A stretch of 64,000 nt of DNA from Octopus vulgaris (taxonomy: Eukaryota): positions 163,990,001 through 164,054,000 of the forward strand of contig OX597814.1 of the NCBI GenBank assembly GCA_951406725.2. Direction: 5' to 3'. A program made the position numbers and the translations under genes. Within the stretch, counting starts at the first letter, position 1. Each line of letters opens with the position of its first letter. Positions 12,465 through 25,087 of the stretch are shown here, one piece after another. The notes beneath the pieces were generated by a model. That model ran no database searches. It saw only the letters and a list, made by a program, of their open reading frames with translations, and was not told the origin of the DNA.

Positions 12465-12675
12465 CGGCGAGTTGGTAGAATCGTTGGCACACCGGTCAAG
12501 GTGCTTCGTGGAATTTCGTCTGTCTTCATGTTCTGAGTTCAAATTCCGCCGAGGTTGACTTTGCCTTTCGTCCCTTCGGGTTCGACATCTTAAAACAAGT
12601 ACAGGTTGAATGCTTGACGGGGTAAACGTAATCAACTTACGCCTCTCCTAAAATTCCTGGCCTAATGCCAAAATT
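12465..12675 (+). mobile_element. SINE family B (tRNA head plus Nin-like domain)
   Basis: GGCGAGTTGGTAGAATCG...GAGTTCAAATTCC B box; CCGAGGTTGACTTTGCCTTTCGTCCCTTCGGG Nin-like motif. Confidence 0.75.
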
Positions 12676-14434
12676 TTTTAATTATACAGGAAATATGAAA
12701 CCTTCTATATATCTAATTGCCGCGTCAGATTTATAAACCAAAACTACTCATGCTACATAGTTATGTGGCGAAGTCTCATGATGTTATACTCGTTGTTGAC
12801 CCATAAATTAGCACAACTATCTCACACCAAACAATCTGGCCTCAATAGTAATGGTTTCGTCATTGTGTAAAAATTGTTTATCGAGCCGGATGCATTGATA
12901 TCAAGAGACGAGTCTCTGTCATAGAACTTTTGTTAACTGGTGCAGCAAACGATCATATGTCCTAATGAACCGGTATCGACAGATATGTTGACCTTTCGGG
13001 CCAATCAGCTAGCGTGCTTGCTTGCTTCCTCGGCAAACGTTCCTACATCATTACTTTAGTAAACGATCAGCAACTCAAACTGATTTTAAATTAACGAACG
13101 TCGCTAGCGAATTACGAGTAGTTGTCGTTGAGAATGCAGCCCAGCTGAAAAAGCAGAATTGGTCGACACAGGCCACAACTGCATTTTTCCGATCGATACA
13201 GAAAAGTTACAAGTAGCAAGTGTTTCTGATAGTCGACTTGATAATAGTAGTCAAAATAGAGTACAGCCACAATTGCCAGCAAACCCGCTAACGAGGGTTA
13301 ACGTTCCAACTTTGAAACTAGCAATTCATATACTGTTTTTTACGGCAAATCAGATACTGCCATATTAAAAAGTGGCCAGCTCAACTATCATGGTGCCAGA
13401 AAGCGGCTGTGGGATCGAACCCGAAAAAGAACTGCCGTGAACTCACCATCCCGCCTCTTACTAAGGATTCGCATACCTGACACCTTGAAACCAACGGTTT
13501 TTCACCTGTAACGTCTAACAGTATGTATATTTTCTCCCAAAATATACACACACATATGCGCGCACACACGCACGCACATGCACGTGTGTCTGTGTTTGTG
13601 TGTGTATACTCATGCACAACTCATCAACGGAATGGTAGGACGTAGTACACATCCTTGTCTCGGTTTATTTGTAACAATTATATTTTCTGTGAAGCGCTAT
13701 TTCTGTATCTTATTTTTTCAATATCGAAAGTGAAACTTCATACCATGTGCACTATTTATAGTGGTCGGTAAAGCCTATCACATCTACATTGTTACATCAA
13801 ATAGTAGACAATGTAGATAAATCACTGCTAAATATTATCCTGCAGTTTTGTTAACTGTAGACTGAATTTATTATTCTCTATAGCAAAAATGAGGAATATT
13901 AAGATATTCTTTTTCTTTAATCTAGAATATTTATTTTACTAATTATGGACCTAAGAACAATATGCATGACACTCACTAAAACGTTACATAAATTATATGC
14001 AATCTGCTTTTTCAATTGTCTCCCATAATCTTATTCCATTAGATAGGTGTATCATATAACTAAGTATTCATAAAATGTCGAACATCGACGGCTCTGCGGG
14101 GATTTGTTAAGCACTTTAGCTGAAAGTAAACATTTACAAAGTGGTGGGGTAGTTTATACTATTTCGTCGTTTTATTTTAGATATTTTTTATGAATGACAA
14201 AATGCTGTCAGCAGGTTAGAAATTCCTCTTTCAGTTGTACTGATGATGAAAGCGTGACTAACTACAGGCAAATAAGAAGCATGCACTTTGTAAATAAATA
14301 AGATTAGCTGTAAACTATTGAAAGAGTCATGCAAATACGAGATACATTCTACATTCATCCCGGAAATAATTTACTAAATAAACTCAGGCACATAGCAGAA
14401 ATATATTCTTTCTCGCAATATCTACCAGCCAACA

Positions 14435-14808
14435 TCTCTATATATATAAACGGCAAAATGTCTGTCTGTGTGTGTGTGTGTATCCTTTATACAAATCCAC
14501 AATTTTTCAGTTAGAGGGCTTGCACTTTCTATGGTCATTCAAAACCGTCCAAGGGTGGTTGTGTACATCTTTACATTTCCCCAGTCACCCCGCAAAGCCA
14601 TTAAAAAATCAATAGAAGTGACTTTTTTGTGAATTTTCTATCCAAAACTCAATCAAAATGCCCGAAACTTGATACGCCAATTGAATGCCAGCTAGCTGTA
14701 TGTGATTGGTCGGAGATTTGGACAGTACCCGCGTGTATGTGCGCACGCACGCAGCTGCATATGCATGCACTAGCACTATGACCTGACGTTGCCGGGTCAT
14801 AGAGCTAG
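14435..14808 (+). mobile_element. Non-autonomous Helitron (374 bp)
   Basis: A|TC 5' end, CTAG|T 3' end, subterminal hairpin TATGACCTG...CGGGTCATA, no TSD. Confidence 0.8.
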
Positions 14809-15644
14809 TAAGAAATAAATCTGATGAGTTTTACATTGAATAGTTTTTTTTTGCTCTTTTTAGCTAGTATAGTGGGTGGAACAGTAACAGTAACATAGAC
14901 TAGGGATAGATATATTGTTACAGATCGGTAACTGAACAGATAAAGTGTCATGAAAGATAATTCTAGGTGAATGCTCTTCATGAACGGAACGTTTTTTTTA
15001 CAATTCTGGTAGATAGCCGACTCAACATGTTGAAGCATCTCTATTTTTGTGAACAAATAGTTGTATATGTTGTTGATGTGCCTCTCTTGACATGAAAGTT
15101 ATGCTCAAGAATTTGACCTGCATTTGGTGGATTGTAGAAGGCTCGAGTATTTTCTAGCTAAATGGGGAAAAAAGTCATTTTTTGTAATCTTGGCTGCGTG
15201 AAGAATATAAAATATCCATATGAACCTGTTAGATTCGGTTGTAGACTTTTCACTGTTAAGGTTCTCTAGAGAATGATCTCTGCTCAGAACGTTAGAATTT
15301 GCCCACTTCTCATGAAGCGCAAGCTTAACTCTATTTTAAGAATTTTTATTAACTTGTATTTTGCCGACGTTTTCTTGGATTCTAGTTCTTTTTATCTTTA
15401 TTCTGATGGTTAGATTTAGCATTTGTAAGTAGTATAGTGGTTGCGCCACAGACATTTTCCAACGACGTGGAAATGGTTTCTTGAGATTCGTTCTGTCAGT
15501 AATATCTGTTGAAGAAAATGTGAATGTCATGTCATTGCAAGGTGCGTTGTCTTTGTGGGTCGTGCTGAGATTGTGTGCAGATGAAGATTGTTTGTTTATA
15601 AAAATCTATTTTCTAAGAGAAAATTAAGTCTATTGGCTTAGAAG

Positions 15645-15706
15645 ATAGTTAGACAGACAGACAGGCAGACAGACAGACAGACAGGCAGACAGACGGGCAG
15701 ACAGAC

Positions 15707-15758
<52 letters not shown>

Positions 15759-15800
15759 GACAGATAGATAGATAGATAGATAGATTGATTGATTGATTGA
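15645..15800. repeat. (GACA)n/(GATA)n/(GATT)n microsatellite
   Basis: Seen directly. Confidence 0.9.
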
Positions 15801-16252
15801 TGTAGTACTAGTGAGAGTTCGGATACCCGCGAAACTATGGATAATCAAGCTGATACTCTAAGTGTCCGTCGTTCGTATACTGGAGATGTTATGTGTCCAT
15901 GTCCGTGACACGTCTCCGTGGCTTAATCCACTTGCTTATGTCACCGTGGTTTAATCCTATTACTGACACTATTTTGCTTATCTCAAAGAAAGGAAATTTA
16001 AAGTCAGTCCTGATAGATTTTTTGCTTCTGTATCGAGATGCACGGAACAAAAAGACACACTCTCCATAAACTTTTTAATGTACTTCAACTCAAAGTATGT
16101 TTTTCGATATTGGACATATATACAGCTGATTCTTCAACACTAGAAATTACAAAGGAATTAAATGATGTAACTTCAAACGTTAAATCCTGGCGTTATATTC
16201 CAAGAGAATGTCACTACCAGTATCCAGTTGTAATTTAGTATTTACTCCGTTT

Positions 16253-16405
16253 AGGCTGCGAGCTGGCAGAAACGTTAGAACGCCGGGCGAAATGTTTAGC
16301 AGTATTTCGTCAGTCTTTACGTTCTGAGTCCAAATTCCGAGGTCGACATTGTCTTTCATCCTTTCGGGGACGATAAATTAAGTACCAGTTGCGTACTGGG
16401 GTTGA
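16253..16405 (+). mobile_element. SINE family B, 3'-truncated
   Basis: GGCTGCGAGCTGGCAGAAACG head and Nin-like body; abuts the integrase relic. Confidence 0.75.
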
Positions 16406-16800
16406 TCTATTTCTCCAGTCTTCCACCCATGCATCCTCGTGACCGGTCACCACCATCTCATTTCCCACCGGACATTGAGAAGTGGACCCATGTTTTTGTT
16501 CGGGATGATTCTGTCAGGGGACCTCTTGTTGCTCCCTATAAAGGACCATTTCGTGTGCTATCACGCACACCCAAAACTTTTACTATCGACATGAATGGTC
16601 GGACAGAGACCATTTCTGTAAATAGACTTAAAAGAGCTCATGTTGAGGTGTCTGCACCACTTAATAACACCCCAGCTACGTCCACCTTTGATCCACTGCG
16701 ATCACCCACACATGTATCTTTGCTCACATCTATACTCTCACCTTCGTCGTTACAACCTGCCTCACAACCACAACCAAACAAACTTTATGTCACCTTATAA
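16406..16800 (+). pseudogene. Integrase C-terminal fragment of a related CsRn1-like Gypsy element
   Basis: FSSLPPMHPR...[31 protein letters not shown]...ETISVNRLKRA aligns with the Pol C-terminus at 2208-2670. Confidence 0.88.
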
Positions 16801-17426
16801 ACTCTTCAAGAAACCAAGCAACAATTCATCGTGCATCCTCATACAAACTGGCCATGCACCGAACGCCATTGAACATCTTCAGGTAAGCACCAGCAAAAAG
16901 ATGAATGCATTATTTTCAGACGAAGCCAGCTTCAACGGGATTAAAAAGTAATACGGGGTGGCACAAAAGCAAAGACAAAACACATATTGATCGATCTCTC
17001 ACTCTCAGCTACTGGAGATTCCGTGAGACTTTTTTATTAAGCATATTATTTCCATTTCATATCTGCATTTATTCAAAATAACAGTGAGGTGTCGAAACTA
17101 TTTGAAAAATTGGAAAGAATTTGTCTGAATACTTATACTATGTGCACCAAGGTTAGTGGTCGTGTCGATAAATTTATGATGCTTATCATCAGCCAAAAGT
17201 CAGAAACGATGGAAGAAATTCGCTCGAAGGATAAGATTCAGCATATCGGCAATGATATAACCTAGAGGAAAACTCAAAACAAATTCAAACTCAAGTCATC
17301 AATTTTTCACGGTAAGTGGCAACAGGCAACATCACGTGGTTGGTTTTGTCAACATCAGAAAAGTCAAAGGCAAAATGCTTTCTCTACCCCATTGCCGAAT
17401 AAAAAACGAATTTTTGAAGTATTATC

Positions 17427-17474
<48 letters not shown>

Positions 17475-17731
17475 TATATAAAGCTACTGACTGTAAACCA
17501 GCCATGTTACCTTCGGCGTTTTCAGTTAAATATGAGTTATGAGAATATGCATCCAGTAGATAAGCACATGGTGAAACACAACACTTAACTGGTGATGATA
17601 ACAAAATCTCCCTCTGGTAGATTGCAGTAAGTTGAGGAATGTTCTCGAGAATTTCTCAAACGGTGAGGAAGACGATGTGTAAAACGGGTCACTTCAGTTA
17701 TTCCAAATGCACTAAAAAAAAAAAACGCTTA

Positions 17732-18626
17732 GGATCTTTTCCTTTTCATGGGCAACTCGATTAATTAATTTTCTTTAACTAAATATTTTGAAACTTCGTA
17801 TACTGGTAGAATGTCATATAGAACATCTTTTACTTTTAGCGTTGTTGAGAAAAGTTTCTATTTACGAAGTTTAAAGTTGTCGTATTTCGGTAATTTCAAC
17901 CAATCAATGACGTGTATTCAGATGAATAAAATTACTACTGTTGTTTGTCAACAACTATCGGCGGTGTATATTTCGTTTGTAACTAGTATTTATGACATCG
18001 TTCGTGCGTTTGTACTGGTTTTAAGGTTTAGGGTTTTAGGGTTAGGATTGGGGTTTTAGGGTTAGGGTTACGGAAAAAAGGGAAAAATAAAGAAATTGGA
18101 AGGGGAGAGGTAAGGGGGCCAAAAAATTTCAAAACTCCGATTGTGGGCAATTTTCCGGAATCTCTGTATCCGAAAAACTGAGGTTTTTGGCAAAAAAAAA
18201 ATTTTTTTAAACAATAATCTGCGAGAAAATGACGGGGGAACGGAAGACTTTCAGAAAATAGTAGCTGAAAAACAGGAAACGAAATCTAAAAAGCAGTAGA
18301 AATGCACGAACGATTATGGTAGTGCCATGAAGTAAACATGCTTCAGATACATTCGTTTATTCATACGAAAGTAACTGAGAGGAAATGCGTCATAAATAAC
18401 AGTGACAAACGAAATATACACCACCGGAAGTTGTTGTTGACAAGCAACAGCAGTAATTTTATTCAGCTGAATACACGTCATCGAATGATTGAAATTATGA
18501 AATATGACAACTTTAACACGAAATAACTTCGTAAATAGAAACTTTTCTCAACAACACTAAGAGTAAAAGATGTATTTAGTTAAAGAAAATTAATTAATCG
18601 AGCTGCCCATGAAAAGGAAAAAATCC
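17732..18626. mobile_element. Long-TIR non-autonomous DNA transposon (Merlin- or Mutator-like)
   Basis: Imperfect TIRs of about 250 bp with GGAT...ATCC ends; 8-bp flanks AACGCTTA/AAAGCTTA; internal TTAGGG-like tract. Confidence 0.8.
18021..18072 (+). repeat. Degenerate (TTAGGG)n-like tract
   Basis: ttaaggtttagggttttagggttaggattggggttttagggttagggttacgg. Confidence 0.8.
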
Positions 18627-19040
18627 AAAGCTTAGATCAGCTGCGCTCGATGCTTGACCAACTGTTTAAACGATGCAGCTCCCGTCGAGTTAGAAACAGG
18701 AATAGTGATCTGGATATTTGTAACTGTTGATGAAGAAAAAGAAATATCTGCTATACATGAGCAGCTCTACCGTACAATGGTCCTTCGCGCAAGGTTAGTC
18801 TGTGTATGTGGTAGAAAGTAAGACAATAAGAACGGTTTAAAAAATGACTCTTCTAATGAGCTATTTGCCAACTGCTTTCTATCCATTAATTCATTCTCCA
18901 GCAATTGGTCCTGTCGTTTAAATTAATCATGCTTATGGATGCCGTTTTTAAATCATACACTGGGTGCGGGAGGGAGCGCACTAACAAAATTATATATATA
19001 TATATATATATAGTTTTTCCTTGGGGCTGGCCAGGTCGGA

Positions 19041-19106
19041 GCAATCTCAAGATTAATCAGCCGAAATTGCGAGGATGATCCGGTTCTTGACTGAAGATTA
19101 GAGGCT
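19041..19106 (+). ncRNA. Candidate permuted hammerhead ribozyme
   Basis: Stem III GCAAU/AUUGC, stem I UCAAGA/UCUUGA, stem II GGCU/AGCC, core CUGA..GA and GAAA, AUC cleavage triplet; folded by eye, untested. Confidence 0.55.
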
Positions 19107-19184
19107 CGATTGACCCGTCCGTTTTTTTGTATCGTCTATTAGAATGTTTTGTGTTCTTGTCCCATTTTGTATTTTTATACATCA

Positions 19185-19465
19185 CGTGATCACGTGACCG
19201 ACCAGTCCATCAGATGTAGTTACACATCGCTGGTCACAATGCGTTTGCATTGTTTTAGCCTTCGAACGACGCCACCCTGCTGGCTAAGCGAGCAGGCCAA
19301 CGGAAGAAAGAGTGGGAGAAAGAGTGGTGAAAGAGTACAGCAGGGATCACCACCCCCTGCCGGAGCCTCGTGGAGCTTTTAGGTGTTTTCACTCAATAAA
19401 CACTCACGATGCCCGGTCTGGGAATTGAAACCGCGAGTCCGCTGCCCTAACCACTGGGCCATTGT
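19185..19465 (-). mobile_element. tRNA-derived SINE, family C
   Basis: Head matches 58190-58500 (TGGCCCAGTGGTTAGGGCAGCGGACTCG...). Confidence 0.8.
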
Positions 19466-19612
19466 GCGGTTCGGCAAAAGAGACCGATAAAATAAGTACT
19501 GGGCTTACAAAAAGAATAAGTCCCGGGGTCGAATTGCTCAATTAAAGGCGGTGCTCCAGCATGGCCGCAGTCAAATGACTGAAACAAGTAAAAGAGAAAG
19601 AAAGAGTAAAGA
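19466..19612 (+). mobile_element. SINE family A, 3' half
   Basis: GCGGTTCGGCAAAAGAGACCGAT...GACTGAAACAAGTAAAAGAG. Confidence 0.8.
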
Positions 19613-19657
<45 letters not shown>

Positions 19658-22600
19658 CAGTCTCCAGGCTTTACTCTATGCATTTCTTAACACTAAAATA
19701 ATTTATATTTATGTATATAGACATACCCCTCTCAGACTAGTTCCAATCAACTTCTAATAACATATATAAAAAATATATCCACATTCCATATGTTTCATAC
19801 ACACACACATTACTGAAAATATAAACTAGTGGAGTATATAAAAATCCCCTAAGTTTATAGCTGAAGAATATCTCACGAGACATGTCAATGAACCATTTAG
19901 ATATTCCGAATAGTGTCATAAATCTACATGAGAAATATGTGACAGATATTAAACATCATTAATGGGTTAGTAATAAAGATAAAGAAATGTCTAAGAGATG
20001 AAATTGGTCACGACGGGCCGATGAAGAAAACAAACACAAAAATCCGATTCTGGAAGGCAAGAGTTCGAATTTATAAAAGAACAGTCTCTAAATAAATAAA
20101 GACAGTATGTATGTCTCTGTGTTCATTGTGCTACGTGAGAGATGAGAAACAAGGGAGCAAGAGAGTAAATATGCTTTGCAACGACATGGCTGACTGATCA
20201 AGATGAACGAGAGATCTTTCTCTCGTCTTTGCTTAATTGCAGTTCCCTTACATAGTGCAAAAGGGACAAAGAAAAGTTGCTGAGCAGCTACTGATTGACC
20301 AGGTGCAGCCAATGTAAAATAGGATCAAGCTGTGTAGTTGGTTTCTGATAGATCGGTTTTACAGTCTGGTACCAATCTGCACACAGAAAAAATATATATA
20401 TTGGGCATTCAGAATGCATTTTTAATAAACCTTGCTGTTTTCTGCAGTAGCTGTAATTAATAGCCAAAAGAAGTACAGTTAATAGGTAGGTATTAATTGA
20501 TAAAACAAAGTCAAACTGAATGCTAGCCAAGATTTTCATGCTGTTATGTATGTAATAGTGAGAGCTAAAAGGAAGCAAGGAGGGGAAGCCAATGGTTGCA
20601 GAATATGCTACAAACCTTTAAAAAGAAATCTATCACTGGTGTCCAAGGATCTGATTTGTGAACACACAATTCTACTTTTTCTTTTGTCAACGTTGATTAT
20701 ACGATTCTTAGAATTTTTATTACAAAATATATACCTTCACAGAATCTTACACATATTTCATTTCGATTGTCTGTTACTTCATCTGAGGAAGATAAGTAAT
20801 ATCTATGGACTGGCAAGAAAGTTGCATATAAATTTATAAAAAGACCATTCAATTATTACTTTTCTCAACATTTCTATCAATCTCATCAAAAATATCAACC
20901 ACTTAAATAGAACAATGTAGTGCCAGATACTGAAAAAACAATGGTTGCAACGGGAATATGGGTTTACTGGATCAAAGAAGTCTTGAGATTTAATAGCAAT
21001 GCCACTTGTTACAATCCTGTCACAGTTGTATAAATGAAAATATCACATGAACTTTCATCAAAAGTAATTTACAACTATTAGAGGGTGGCATTGTGAGCAT
21101 CATTGAATAAGAGGGCCTCAGAAAATTGAGACATTTTTCAATGTTTGGTTAATGTTGGAGGTTGACCTCTAACTATCTCATAGTACATAACAGTCGTGAT
21201 TAGAGAGTAAACTGAGTTTCAATATTTTTTAATATTTTCCCCTGATAAGCAGTGTTTATTTTTATGTCTTTGTGAAATGATTCCGAGAACCAACGTTAAA
21301 CTACACCCAATTCAAGTACACCCCTCGGGTTAAATGATATCATGTTGCAAACAGTACCGAATGATAGCAATGTTTTTACAAGGACTCACAAATGAATAGT
21401 GAGAAAATGCTAAAATGTTTGCTGTATTCCTGGCTAGCAGCATTATCGGTTAGACGCTCCAGTAACAATATATAACATACAAAGGAATCATTATTTGAAA
21501 ATCTCACTTAAATACATAATATATCATACACACACAAACACATACATTCACATGGGGGGCAGAGATATTAAAGAGGCAAACATCTGTTTGAACACGTCGT
21601 AATTATTTAATGAAAAAATATATACTAGTCACACAGAATTAATATTTTAAAACATACAACTCAGATTACGATTAAGAAAACAATATAATCAAGAACTTTA
21701 TTCAAATACGATGACATCGAAATAGCTTTGAAAGTGGTTTTTTATAAAGGCTAGCTTAATTCAGTTTTAAGTTAGGATGTGTTTTGACTGAAGTTCAAAT
21801 TTGGAAGAACTGTATAAAAATCAATGAAATAAATCGTCCTCTGCGTAGTTATTCTTTTCTAATTTGCAACTGGAAAATGTTACTTTTTCATCAAATTTCC
21901 ATTCTGCACATTAGTTCCTTCCTTGGTTGCAGGGTTTATTTATTTATTTTTCTTATCAAGTTTTTCAAAAGAGAGTTTATCATGAAAACGTTTAAATCGT
22001 AACCAAATATGTTTTCCAGTATTCGTTACAAGTGTGAAAAACAAGGTAATACCTGTTTGTAGAAAAGGAATAGTTTCCCCAGATAAAAGAGCTATATTTG
22101 AATGTAATCTGGACACTTGATATCATTGAATGGTGCAAATTTTATTATAAAAGGTTTTTGATGGCTCAAGCAGAAAACGAAATTGGAACCGATAAGAATT
22201 AAGTGGTTAATGAAGTGGTTTTAAAATCTGGCAACTTACATGAAATGTATGTTACGTTAATGCTAACATACTTCAATGCAGTGAGCATAGATCTAATATA
22301 AAAATAATTATAAAAATAATTATGTAGCAAGGCAAGGACAACATTAGCTCAATAATTAATATTATTTCAATCTTTTCTGCGAGTCTTGCACAATATTCAA
22401 CATCTATTTAGTGACAGCCTTCAGCAAGTATAGTGATTAACACATTACTAAGCTCTTGAAACCAAAACATGTTCACAGTTGTCCCTCACTACGTTAAGAT
22501 GATTAAAGGTATATATTAGTGAATAACTAACGTTGTCTTTCCCTCACCGCATAATTACATTAAATTTTTGATGCCCACAACATTAATTACGTTAACATTA

Positions 22601-22707
22601 ACGTTTTTCATGCATATGGTGTCTCTGAGTAAATTACATCGGTAATTCATTTCTTTTAATAACACACACAAATAAGTTCTTCCAAATTCAAATGTTATCA
22701 AGTATAA

Positions 22708-23109
22708 GGCCAGGAGTGGCTGTGTGGTAAGTAGCTTGCTTACCAACCACATGGTTCCAGGTTCAGTCCCACTGCGTGGCACCTTGGGCAAGTGTCTTCT
22801 ACTATAGCCTAGGGCTGACCAAAGCCTTGTGAGTGGATTTGGTAGATGGAAACTGAAAGAAGCCCGTCGTATATGTGTGTGTGTGTGTGTGTATGTGTGT
22901 CGGTGTTTGTTCCCCCCAACATCGCTTGACAACCGATGCTGGTGTGTTTACGTCCCCGTAACTTAGCAGTTCGGCAAAAGAGACCGATAGACTAAGTACA
23001 ATTCTTACAAAGAATAAGTCCTGGGGTCAATTTTCTCGACTAAAGGCGGTGCTCCAGCATGGACACAGTCGAATGACTGAAACAAGTAAAAGAGTAAGAG
23101 AGTTAAAGA

Positions 23110-23110
<1 letters not shown>
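22708..23110 (+). mobile_element. SINE family A, full length
   Basis: Matches 7176-7590 in reverse. Confidence 0.85.
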
Positions 23111-23142
<32 letters not shown>

Positions 23143-24369
23143 CACTGCCTTTTCCTGGTAACTAGGTTCTTTGATATTTTCATGCACCAGCTTACATTTA
23201 CATATTATTGCCACCATCGTACTGCATCAATTCACCTGGCACGCCAACTCTCTTTAAATATAAGCTTGGATAAAACCTTCCATGTTTTAATCTCTGCTAA
23301 AATCTCATCCATTACTCGGATTTGCTTCATACTTAATTTTCAATAATTTCTACATTAATTTCTAATAACATTAATCTTATTTTCAATGGAAGTCACCCAT
23401 CATCTATCGATTTTGTGGCTCCAATACAAAACTTCAATTAACTGAAGTGAATGTAATACTTTCTCTCAATTTGCCAGTTTTTTTTAAAAAAATACTAGGT
23501 AAGTTTTGCTTCTAAGATTAACCACCAGAGTATAGGAATATCACATTTTGAAATGGAATTTAGATTTATTACATAAATTAAATAAAATTTATTTATTTCA
23601 ACATTGCACATTTTTTTTTTAAATTCCTTCAATAAGCATTTTAAATTTGAAATCCATTTATCAAGGAAAAGATTTTAAATTATCTGGAAAACATGGCAAA
23701 AAAGTCATCAGCTCAGTGATTATTTATTTCCAGAAATAAAACTTGAAAAAATAACAAGAAAATGAAAGAAAAATTAACGTCATGAGTATTATATTTTAAA
23801 ACCAACGCACTGAGCTGCTTTAAATATTAGGGAGAGAGAGAGAGAGAGAAAGAGACAGAGACCCCTTTAAGAGATAAAAATTCATACATCATGTTACATA
23901 AGTTTACTCTGTGGACTCATTTATAAAGAAAGTTCTATTATATCCCCCATTAAAAGAAAAAAGTAAAAAGAGGAATGTTGTAAAAATTTAGTTGGACATA
24001 TATATAAGTTCATTATGCTAAAGAAAAGACATTCAAACCCAAAGTGATGACAAAATGAATAAAAAAAATTTTTTTAATTGTTACAAAAAGTTAGAGAATG
24101 TCAAAATACTATTAGTATTGGGTTGATGAGGAGGGGGGTGTCCAAAATGACATGTGGTCAAATAAAATAAAAACAAAATAAAAGCAAACAAAAGAAGGTG
24201 CATTAGAATGAGCTATATAACATTTCTGGTATGCACAAAATAGCTTTTTATGGAGCACATAAAAAAACGAAAATATCATTCACACGGCTTGTATCAATCA
24301 GAAGATAGGGAAGAAGATACTTGCCACGCAGTGAGATGAAACCAAGAACTCAAGATTGCAAAGCAAACT

Positions 24370-24410
<41 letters not shown>

Positions 24411-24503
24411 AAATTAGTTATATACATATATATTACGAAATTCAGTATAATATTATTATACTGAATTTTACCTGTAAGGTTGGAATAATAATTTATTCCC
24501 TAA

Positions 24504-24537
<34 letters not shown>

Positions 24538-24929
24538 ATATATATATATATATAAAACCATCAAAGAATTCATAAGTCAGAAAAAAATATGCACCCCTTA
24601 ATCAAAATATACACTATCATAGATCTATTTCAGCCAATCTTATCAATCAGTTTTGCATTGTGTATTAGATAACAGCACTGTTATGTAACACCCATATGTT
24701 ACTTAACAGTACTTATCTAACATCAAGTACAAAATTGATTAGTAATATTGACCGAAATGGATCTATAATACTGTATACTATACTATATATATATACACAC
24801 ACACACCTACATATATACTTACATGGTGAACATATATATATATGTAGGTCCCGGGTTGATTCGGGGTTAACCACAGTAAATAAGGTACTCAATACATAGC
24901 AGAGTAAAATTAATTTATTATATAGAAGG

Positions 24930-24980
24930 AGCTTCTACAGGACTAGAACTGTTTCATTCAAGAGAAATCTTCAGGAAGCT
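24930..24980 (-). ncRNA. Minimal type I hammerhead motif (minus-strand copy)
   Basis: Exact reverse complement of 24977-25027. Confidence 0.68.
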
Positions 24981-25027
24981 TCCTGAAGATTTCTCTTGAA
25001 TGAAACAGTTCTAGTCCTGTAGAAGCT
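24977..25027 (+). ncRNA. Minimal type I hammerhead motif
   Basis: AGCUUC-CUGAAGA-u UUC ucuu GAA u-GAA-ACAG uucuaguc CUGU-A-GAAGCU; GUA triplet; non-canonical U.U at 10.1/11.1. Confidence 0.68.
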
Positions 25028-25044
25028 CCTTCTATATAATAAAT

Positions 25045-25087
<43 letters not shown>

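Larger units (their letters stand above)
24843..25047 (-). mobile_element. Penelope-like terminal (pseudo-LTR) fragment with inverted duplication, inserted in (TA)n
   Basis: Perfect palindrome 24913-25044, hammerhead core followed by AATAAA, (TA)n on both sides. PLE assignment inferred from the architecture only. Confidence 0.6.

Noticed and set aside
14240-14275. CTGATGA followed by GAAA (similar at 29455-29482 on the minus strand)
   Set aside because: No stem II or stem I/III pairing.
18021-18072. True telomere or chromosome fusion site
   Set aside because: Short, degenerate and inside a TIR element.
20080-20640. Repeat-poor block with CCAAT boxes as a possible promoter
   Set aside because: No associated exon or other support from sequence alone.
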